Origin: Roseiflexaceae bacterium
GTDB lineage: Bacteria; Chloroflexota; Chloroflexia; Chloroflexales; Roseiflexaceae
Length of the DNA stretch: 38,973 nt
Reading direction: 5' to 3'
NCBI GenBank assembly: GCA_035765855.1
Contig: DASTWM010000095.1
Location: 1 to 38,973, forward strand
Shown here: positions 8,623 through 15,340 of the stretch, piece by piece
Layout: every line of letters begins with the position of its first letter
Position numbering within the stretch: the stretch's first letter is position 1
Position numbers and translations under genes: made by a program
The notes under the pieces: model-generated
What the model was told of the DNA's origin: nothing
The model's input: the letters and a program-made list of their open reading frames with translations, nothing else
Database searches by the model: none

Positions 8623-9531
8623 ATGGCAACACTTGCTGGAACTGCTGCACCGGCGGCAAGCGCTGCAGGACCAGGCCGCTTAACGCGCTTCTTCCGCTAT
8701 GCGCGCCGAAATCCGGCCTTTGGCATCGGGTTGATTATTCTGATCACACTGGTGCTTTTCTCAACAGTGGGCATGTTGTTCATCGATCTGAGAAAAGCGC
8801 CCTACCCGCTCGGAACGCCACCCAGCAAACCGCCGTCCTGGCAGTATCCATTCGGGACCGATGCCCAGGGACGCAATCTGATCGCGGTGATGATCGTCGG
8901 CACGCAGTTGACGCTGCGGGTCGGGCTCATGGCCGGCGCGATTGGTATCGCCGTTGGAACCATTCTGGGGTTTGTGTCGGCCTACTACGGCGGCTTCCTC
9001 GACGGAGTGGTCAAGTGGATCGTCGACGTCATGCTCACGATTCCCGCGTTCCTCATCCTGGTGGTGATCGCTTCGACGCTGCGCAATTTCCTCACGGTTG
9101 AGAGCATGGCCCTGATTATTGCGGTTCTGGCGTGGGTCGGCCCAACGCGCATGATTCGCGCCCAGGTGCTTACCTTACGCGAACGCCAGTTTGTGCTCAT
9201 GGCACGGCTTTCTGGCATGAATAACATCGAGATCATGTTCAAGGAGTTGCTGCCGAACGTGCTGCCGTATCTGCTGGCCGGATTCGTGCAGTCCGTCACT
9301 GCGGCGATTCTGACCGCGCTTGGCCTTGAGTTGCTGGGACTCGGGTCGCAGCGCGAGCCAACGCTCGGCATGACGATTTACTGGGTTCAGAAGTATTCAG
9401 CCATTTTGCGCGGCCTGTGGTGGTGGTGGACCATTCCGGTTATCATCATTGTGCTGCTGGTTGTCTCTCTGGCGTTAATTTCGTTGGGCTTGGACGAATG
9501 GTCGAACCCCCGCACACGGAGGGCAGCGTGA
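8623..9531 (+). CDS. ABC transporter permease (DppC/OppC-like)
   Basis: It is a multi-transmembrane permease. The ATG at 8623 follows a GAGG Shine-Dalgarno. The six-frame ORF begins earlier, inside the upstream gene. Confidence 0.85.
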   Translation: MATLAGTAAPAASAAGPGRLTRFFRYARRNPAFGIGLIILITLVLFSTVGMLFIDLRKAPYPLGTPPSKPPSWQYPFGTDAQGRNLIAVMIVGTQLTLRVGLMAGAIGIAVGTILGFVSAYYGGFLDGVVKWIVDVMLTIPAFLILVVIASTLRNFLTVESMALIIAVLAWVGPTRMIRAQVLTLRERQFVLMARLSGMNNIEIMFKELLPNVLPYLLAGFVQSVTAAILTALGLELLGLGSQREPTLGMTIYWVQKYSAILRGLWWWWTIPVIIIVLLVVSLALISLGLDEWSNPRTRRAA

Positions 9532-10499
9532 GCGATCAACTATTACAAGTTCGGGATTTGCTGGTTCAGTATCATACTGATCGCGGCGTTGTCAAAGCGG
9601 TGAACGGAGTCAGTTTTGATCTCCAGCCCGGCGAACGGCTCGGCCTTGTTGGGGAGTCCGGCTCCGGCAAATCGACCATGGCGCTGGCGCTGATGCGCAT
9701 GATTAAAGCGCCAGGTCGCGTTGCAGGCGGCCAGATTTTGTTGCACGGACAAGATTTGCTCGCCCTTTCTGAAGAGCAGATGCGCAAAGTTCGCGGCGCT
9801 AAAATCAGCATGGTGCCGCAGGGCGCGATGAACTCGCTCAACCCGGTGGCGCGCATCAAAGATCAGATCATCGACACGATGAAAGATCATGATATGAGCA
9901 TGTCCAAGACTCAGATGGAGGAGCGCGCGGCTCAGGTGCTCGAAATGGTGGACCTGAAGCGCGAGGTTGGCAGGATGTACCCGCATGAGCTGAGCGGCGG
10001 CATGAAGCAGCGCGTCTGCATCGCCATCGCGGTCGCAATGCGGCCCGATGTGATCATTGCCGACGAGCCAACCAGCGCGCTCGACGTGGTCGTGCAGCGC
10101 CAGGTCATGGAAACCTTTGGCAAGCTGCAAGACCTGATGGGCGTGGCAATCATCCTGATCGGCCACGACATGGGCCTCATGGCGCAGTTCGTCGATCGGC
10201 TTGCGGTGATGTACGCCGGCCAGTTTGCCGACCTCAGCCCGATTCGTGAAACGTTCAGCGAACCACTGCATCCATACACACAAATGCTCATCAACAGCCT
10301 GCCAAGCCTGGATGTTAAAGGCGAACTGAAAGGCATTACTGGATTACCGCCTTCATTGCTGAAGCTGCCATCAGGATGTGTGTTTCATCCGCGCTGCCCC
10401 AGCGTGATGGAGCGTTGCACAAAACAGGTGCCGATGTATCAGGAAGTGCGGCCACAACGCTGGGTCGCTTGTCATCTGTACGATGAGGTTAAGCCATGA
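9528..10499 (+). CDS. ABC transporter ATP-binding protein (DppD/OppD-like) with a C-terminal oligopeptide-type extension
   Basis: It has Walker A GESGSGKST, the signature LSGGMKQRV and Walker B IIADEPTSALD. A GTG start at 9528 follows GGAGGG and overlaps the upstream stop. Confidence 0.85.
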   Translation: MSDQLLQVRDLLVQYHTDRGVVKAVNGVSFDLQPGERLGLVGESGSGKSTMALALMRMIKAPGRVAGGQILLHGQDLLALSEEQMRKVRGAKISMVPQGAMNSLNPVARIKDQIIDTMKDHDMSMSKTQMEERAAQVLEMVDLKREVGRMYPHELSGGMKQRVCIAIAVAMRPDVIIADEPTSALDVVVQRQVMETFGKLQDLMGVAIILIGHDMGLMAQFVDRLAVMYAGQFADLSPIRETFSEPLHPYTQMLINSLPSLDVKGELKGITGLPPSLLKLPSGCVFHPRCPSVMERCTKQVPMYQEVRPQRWVACHLYDEVKP

Positions 10500-11386
10500 C
10501 ACCCATTATGGAATTACGCAACGTCACGAAGGTGTACGGCAGCAGCGGGCTCCTGGCGAAAAAGGGAACTGCCGCGCTGAAGAGCATGAATTTGGCACTC
10601 GAAGCTGACGATCCGTCGATCCTTGCGGTGGTCGGCGAGAGCGGCAGCGGTAAGAGCACGCTTGCTTCGCTTATTCTGGGTTTCATTTCGGCAACTGAAG
10701 GCGAGGTGTTGTATAACGGTAAGGATGTGAAGCGGCTTTCCAATGCCGAGCGACAGGTCTACCGGCGCGAAGTGCAAGCTATTTTTCAGGATCCATTTGC
10801 CGTGTACAACCCGTTCTATCGCGTCGATCATGTGCTTAACGTTCCGCTCAGCAAATTCAAACTTGCGCGCACGAAGGCCGAAGCGCAGCGCATGATGGAG
10901 GAGGCGCTCAGCGCGGTCGGCCTGCGGCCCGAGGAAACCCTTGGCCGCTATCCGCACCAGCTCAGCGGCGGGCAGCGGCAGCGCATTGTCGTGGCGCGCG
11001 CGCTGATGCTGAAGCCGAAGCTCATTATTGCTGACGAGCCGGTTTCCATGGTGGATGCATCGCTACGGGCGACGATTCTTGAGAGCCTGCGCACGCTCAA
11101 CAAGGATCTGCGCATCCCTGTTGTCTACATTACCCACGATCTGGCGACCGCATACCATGTGAGCGACCAGATTGTCGTGCTGTTTCGCGGCGAGGTCGTC
11201 GAGTCGGGCGAGACCGAGACTGTTATCAAGAATCCGCAGCACTCCTATACCAAGCTGCTGATCGACTCGATTCCATGGCCGGACCCAGAGCGCCGCTGGG
11301 GACAAACGAAGGAAGAATTCGAGCAGGAGTTGCATTCTGTCGCGCGGCAGGCTACCGCCAGTGGCAGCCGCTGGATGCCAGAGTAA
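10496..11386 (+). CDS. ABC transporter ATP-binding protein (DppF/OppF-like)
   Basis: It has Walker A GESGSGKST, the signature LSGGQRQRI and Walker B IIADEPVSMVD. An ATGA overlap with the upstream gene suggests translational coupling. Confidence 0.9.
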   Translation: MTPIMELRNVTKVYGSSGLLAKKGTAALKSMNLALEADDPSILAVVGESGSGKSTLASLILGFISATEGEVLYNGKDVKRLSNAERQVYRREVQAIFQDPFAVYNPFYRVDHVLNVPLSKFKLARTKAEAQRMMEEALSAVGLRPEETLGRYPHQLSGGQRQRIVVARALMLKPKLIIADEPVSMVDASLRATILESLRTLNKDLRIPVVYITHDLATAYHVSDQIVVLFRGEVVESGETETVIKNPQHSYTKLLIDSIPWPDPERRWGQTKEEFEQELHSVARQATASGSRWMPE

Positions 11387-11506
11387 TCCTGCGAAAACTG
11401 TTTCCTGATGTACAATACAGCCTATGAAGAACTGCTGACATCGTCTTCATGGGCTGTATCATTTTCAGGTCGCCAGCCGCGCCTCGAAAGCGTTGCATTG
11501 CTCACT

Positions 11507-11851
11507 ATGCTGCGTATGCGCCGGATGTTCGCCATTATGCTGCTTACAAGCCTCATGGTGCTGGTTCTCGGCTGTGGCGGCATGGCGGCCGCTCTGCACC
11601 AGGGCTTGCTCATGCCCCTCGCATTCGATGCCCGCGTTGGCCCGCTGCACATCGTGACGCACGCGCCGCGCGCAATTCAATGCCCGCAAAGCACCAATTG
11701 GTCAGCCAGAGAATGCGCGCATTATCAGGCTGATTTCACAGCAGCGCCGCGCAACTACCGCGTGTGGGTGTTTGTCAATCAGCAGCAGCACGGCCAACCT
11801 GCCGCGCGCCTGCTCATGCAGCTACAGTTGCCGCTCCGCGCGTCCTCATAG
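11507..11851 (+). CDS. Hypothetical small lipoprotein (uncertain)
   Basis: It has a signal-peptide-like N-terminus MLRMRRMFAIMLLTSLMVLVLGC with an LGC lipobox. The mature part is Cys/His-rich. GC3 is typical only downstream of ~11500. There is no clear Shine-Dalgarno. Its stop abuts the stop of the convergent ATPase gene. Confidence 0.3.
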   Translation: MLRMRRMFAIMLLTSLMVLVLGCGGMAAALHQGLLMPLAFDARVGPLHIVTHAPRAIQCPQSTNWSARECAHYQADFTAAPRNYRVWVFVNQQQHGQPAARLLMQLQLPLRASS

Positions 11852-12568
11852 CGCTTGTTCCTCGACCATCTCAACGAGTTGGCCGTCCTCCATGTGGTAG
11901 GTAATGTCGGCGAATGCGCGCGTGGAAGGATCATGGGTGGTCATGACCAGCGTCACGCCGGTGGAGCGAACGATGTCGCGCAAGAGGTGCAGAATCGCGC
12001 GGCCAGTGGTGGAGTCGAGCTGGCCGGTCGGCTCGTCTGCGAGCAGCAACTGCGGGCGCGAGACCAGCGCGCGGGCGATGGCAACGCGCTGCTGCTGGCC
12101 GCCGCTCATCTCCGGCGGGCGGTGCGTAGCCCACGCGCCGATGCCCACGAGTTCGGCCACCTCATTCACGCGCGCGGCGCGCTCATGGCGCGGCAGCGAG
12201 CCATTGATGCGCAGCGGCACCTCGATATTTTCCCATGCGGTCAGAATGGGCAGCAGCGCGAACGATTGAAAGATAAAGCCGAGCCGCTCGCGCCGCAGTC
12301 TGGTGAGTTGTTCCTGACTCAGCGCGTTCAATGGCTGCCCAAACAACTCGACATTGCCGCTGGTGGCCTGATCCAGCCCGCCCAGAATATTCAGCAGGGT
12401 GGTTTTGCCAGAACCAGAGCGGCCTTCGAGCGTCACGAACGTGCCGGACTGCACGGCCAGGCTGACACCGCGCAGCGCGTTCACGGGCTTGCCGCCAGCG
12501 TGGTAGGTGCGCGCGAGATTCGTGATGCGCACGGCAGGGGCTTCAGATTGCATGGGTGTGTATGTCAT
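11846..12568 (-). CDS. ABC transporter ATP-binding protein (MacB/LolD/FtsE-type nucleotide-binding domain)
   Basis: It has Walker A GRSGSGKTT, the signature MSGGQQQRVAIARAL, Walker B LLLADEPTGQLD and H-loop LVMTTHD. Its start overlaps the upstream stop as ATGA. Confidence 0.9.
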   Translation of the reverse strand: MTYTPMQSEAPAVRITNLARTYHAGGKPVNALRGVSLAVQSGTFVTLEGRSGSGKTTLLNILGGLDQATSGNVELFGQPLNALSQEQLTRLRRERLGFIFQSFALLPILTAWENIEVPLRINGSLPRHERAARVNEVAELVGIGAWATHRPPEMSGGQQQRVAIARALVSRPQLLLADEPTGQLDSTTGRAILHLLRDIVRSTGVTLVMTTHDPSTRAFADITYHMEDGQLVEMVEEQAL

Positions 12569-13464
12569 GGTACGTGTTCGTCATCGGCGGGCCGCAGCAG
12601 CAGGCCGTCGGGGCGTTCTTCAAAAACCACGCGCCGCGCGAATCCATAGCGCTCGCGCAGCGCCTTCGGCAGTTGCACCCGCCCGGCTGCGTCCATCAGC
12701 ATGCTTTCTTCAAGATGCTCGATGACCACTGGCGCAGCAGAATCTGCTCCGTCGCCGTTCAGGCGGCGCTTGCGGCGGGTTTCGCTGGCGGTGCGGCCAT
12801 CGTGGATCATCACTACCCGGTCGACATGCGTGGTGATGTGCGGATCGTGCGAGACAATCACGACCGTCAAGCCAAATGTCTGGCTTAAGGTGTGGAACAG
12901 GTCGAAGATCGTCGACGCCGTGCCGGTGTCAAGTTCGCCGGTTGGCTCATCGGCCAGCAGCAGCCGAGGCCGGTTGGCGAGCGCAATGGCGATGGCGACG
13001 CGCTGCTGCTCGCCGCCGGAAAGCTCCGCGAGGCGATGCCCGGCGCGATCCGTCAGCCCGACCGCTTCAATCAGCTCGCGCATCCATGCCCGGCGCGCGC
13101 GCCCACCAACTCCTTGCAGCATCATGGGCAGCGCGATCTGCTGTTCAATCGTGAGATAGGGAATGAGGTTGCGGGCCTTTTGCTGCCACACAAAGCCAAC
13201 CACCCGCGAACGATAATGATCGAGCGCGCGGTCGGACATCTGGCGCAAATCATTGCCTGCGACGAGCACGCGCCCGCTCGACGGTCGATCCAGACCGCCC
13301 AGAATATTCAGCAGCGTAGTCTTGCCGGAGCCGCTTGCGCCGACAAGCGCCAGCACTTCCGCTGGCTGCACAGCTAAATCAACGCCTTGCAGCGCAACAA
13401 CCTCGATCTCGTCGAGTTCGTAGATTTTGATGAGATTATCACAGACGATCAATGGGTCTGACAT
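12565..13464 (-). CDS. ABC transporter ATP-binding protein fused to a C-terminal AbrB/SpoVT/MazE-like swapped-hairpin domain
   Basis: It has Walker A GASGSGKTT, the signature LSGGEQQRVAIAIAL, Walker B LLLADEPTGELD and H-loop VVIVSHD. The C-terminal ~45 aa (MDAAGRVQLPKALRERYGFARRVVFEERPDGLLLRP) matches the GRVxIPKxIRExxG..D-G-L-L-RP pattern of SpoVT/AbrB domains. I chose the start at MSDPLIV (ATG 13464). The ORF's N-terminal extension is Arg-rich and unlikely to be real. Confidence 0.85.
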   Translation of the reverse strand: MSDPLIVCDNLIKIYELDEIEVVALQGVDLAVQPAEVLALVGASGSGKTTLLNILGGLDRPSSGRVLVAGNDLRQMSDRALDHYRSRVVGFVWQQKARNLIPYLTIEQQIALPMMLQGVGGRARRAWMRELIEAVGLTDRAGHRLAELSGGEQQRVAIAIALANRPRLLLADEPTGELDTGTASTIFDLFHTLSQTFGLTVVIVSHDPHITTHVDRVVMIHDGRTASETRRKRRLNGDGADSAAPVVIEHLEESMLMDAAGRVQLPKALRERYGFARRVVFEERPDGLLLRPADDEHVP

Positions 13465-13560
13465 GGGAAGGTTCCGTTGCATACAGCGGCGTACCGACGG
13501 GCGACGAGCAAGCCAGCCGCGCCTGCTCCTTCTGCGGTGCGTTGTTCGACACAACCTTTA

Positions 13561-13663
13561 CCATCATACCACAAGTCACAGTTAAACTAACTACGATGCA
13601 GGACGGTTTTTGGCGCGGCACCAGACGCAGGCGACTTGACCACAAGCACATTCGCAAGTATGA
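13561..13663. promoter_or_regulatory. Divergent promoter region. The plus-strand promoter is TTGACC(13635-40)-N17-TATGAT(13658-63). The minus-strand promoter is an extended -10 TGgTATGAT (plus coordinates 13561-13572). A direct repeat ACCACAAG(T)CACA at 13568-13580 and 13638-13649 overlaps both.
   Basis: Seen directly in the sequence. A second extended -10 (TGaTATAAT, 13760-13768) lies closer to the lipoprotein ATG. Confidence 0.4.
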
Positions 13664-13825
13664 TAGTGCCAGTATAAACGTTATAGATTTTTGACTTTTG
13701 AAACCCTCGAGAGCTGTAACCCCTCTGCACAATACCGCATACGAAGCCCATCCATAGCCTGATATAATCATCCATGGCGCGTGATGAACCGTGTGCCTGT
13801 TTGTGCAGCGAAATAGGAGACATGA

Positions 13826-15340
13826 ATGGTACATCGCTACGGCGCGAGTGTCCGAGCAACGCTTGCTCTGTGCGCCTGCATGGTGCTTGTGGCGGGCTGT
13901 GGTTCGATTGCAAGCTCCTCCGCGCAGGAGTTGCCGACATTTCCACCCCTGGAAGTCGAGCCAGCAGCCGCGCATGCTGCCCCGACGCCACGCCCCGGCC
14001 AGCCGCAGCCCACGGTTGCGCCCGAGCCGACCGCTGTACTCGGCGAGCCGAAATCGCTGCGCGAAGACATCCGGATTCGCAAGGTGCTGGAGACTGGCGG
14101 CGGTTTTGTGCGCCTGAAGCACGATCCAAAGAGCGACGAATTGTATTACATGGATGACAAGGTAAATATTTACCGGCTCGATCCAGCGGGCAGTGATGAC
14201 GATAAAGGAACGCCCGTCTTTACGCGCGCTGATGTCGGCGTTGAGAAGCAGTTTACCAGCCAGGGTTTGGCGTTCGGCCCGGATGGCACACTCTATGTTC
14301 TCGGAAATATCAACGACAAGATCACCACCCACGCGATTATTCGCAAAGGCGTGGCAGATGCATCCGGCAAACGAACATGGACGACGCTTGCCGAAACCGC
14401 GCCGTACCAAAAGAGCAACACGCAGTTCGATCACGTCTGCAACGGTATCGTCGTCAGCCCCGACGGGCGCTACCTGTACATGAACAGCGGCTCGCGCACC
14501 GATCATGGCGAAGTGCAGGCCACCAAGGGCGCGTTTCCCGACGCGCGCGAGGTGCCGCTTACATCGGCAATCTTCCGCATTCCGACTGATACGGACAACC
14601 AGGTGCTGCCCAACGACGAAGCACAACTGAAGGAAAAGGGCTATCTGTTTGCCGATGGCACGCGCAATTCCTTCGACCCTGCGTTTGCGCCGAATGGCGA
14701 CCTGTTTGCCGGCGACAATGGGCCGGATGCTGACTTTCCCGATGAGCTGAACTGGCTGCGCGAGGGACATCATTATGGTTTTCCATGGCGCTTCGGCAAT
14801 TACGACAATCCGCAACAATTCCCCGATTACGATCCGTCGAAGGATGGCCGACTCCAGCAAGAGTTCTTCGCCGTCAGCAATCACTTTTACGCCAACGATC
14901 CGACCTTCCCGCCACCACCGCCGGGCGTGACTTTTACCGACCCGGTCGCTAATCTCGGCCCGGACGCCAACATCGTCCGCGATGCCGATGGTAGCGCGCA
15001 CCGGGCGAGCGACCTTGGCGAAGCAGCATACAGTTTTACCCCGCACCGTTCGCCGCTCGGGCTGGTGTTCGATGCAGCCGGGGCCGTCGGCGGCGGGCTG
15101 ACGGGTGACGGCTTTATTCTGAGTTGGGGCGCGGCTGCCGGTCATCTGCCCGATCAAGGGCGCGACCTGATTGACATCAAGCTCACCAAAGTGCAGGACG
15201 CGTATCAGGCCAAGATGACGCAACTCGTCGTCGGATTTGATCATTCCATCGATGCCGTGCTTGTGCAAAACCGGCTGTATGTGCTGGACAACGGCGGCAA
15301 AGGGACGATCTGGGAAGTCACGTTACCGAAACATGGCTAG
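13826..15340 (+). CDS. Secreted lipoprotein with a PQQ-dependent sugar dehydrogenase (GSDH/YliI-family)-like beta-propeller
   Basis: It has a signal peptide with an LVAGC lipobox, then a Pro-rich linker. The propeller has blade motifs GLAFGPDGTLYV and GIVVSPDGRYLY and the family hallmark DGTRNSFDPAFAPNGDLFAGDNGPDADFPDELNWLREGHHYGFPW (compare YliI GHRNPQG..GP..DEINLI..G.NYGWP). An AGGAGA Shine-Dalgarno lies 7 nt before the ATG. Confidence 0.8.
   Translation: MVHRYGASVRATLALCACMVLVAGCGSIASSSAQELPTFPPLEVEPAAAHAAPTPRPGQPQPTVAPEPTAVLGEPKSLREDIRIRKVLETGGGFVRLKHDPKSDELYYMDDKVNIYRLDPAGSDDDKGTPVFTRADVGVEKQFTSQGLAFGPDGTLYVLGNINDKITTHAIIRKGVADASGKRTWTTLAETAPYQKSNTQFDHVCNGIVVSPDGRYLYMNSGSRTDHGEVQATKGAFPDAREVPLTSAIFRIPTDTDNQVLPNDEAQLKEKGYLFADGTRNSFDPAFAPNGDLFAGDNGPDADFPDELNWLREGHHYGFPWRFGNYDNPQQFPDYDPSKDGRLQQEFFAVSNHFYANDPTFPPPPPGVTFTDPVANLGPDANIVRDADGSAHRASDLGEAAYSFTPHRSPLGLVFDAAGAVGGGLTGDGFILSWGAAAGHLPDQGRDLIDIKLTKVQDAYQAKMTQLVVGFDHSIDAVLVQNRLYVLDNGGKGTIWEVTLPKHG

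Noticed and set aside
12565-13554. Longer 329-aa version of the AbrB-fusion ATPase, starting 90 nt upstream
   Set aside because: The extra N-terminus (MCRTTHRRRSRRGWLARRPSVRRC) is Arg-rich junk. The conserved nucleotide-binding-domain N-terminus begins at MSDPLIVCDNLIKIY (ATG 13464).
13439-15268. 609-aa minus-strand ORF antisense to the GSDH-like lipoprotein gene
   Set aside because: It overlaps the divergent promoter region and a well-supported CDS. The translation is Arg/Ala-rich with no motifs.
15237-15332. Upstream start for the FtsX permease (MIIPSMPCLCK...)
   Set aside because: It lies inside the lipoprotein CDS in another frame. The ATG at 15333 overlapping the lipoprotein TAG gives the expected MASEPTTES... 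N-terminus before transmembrane helix 1.
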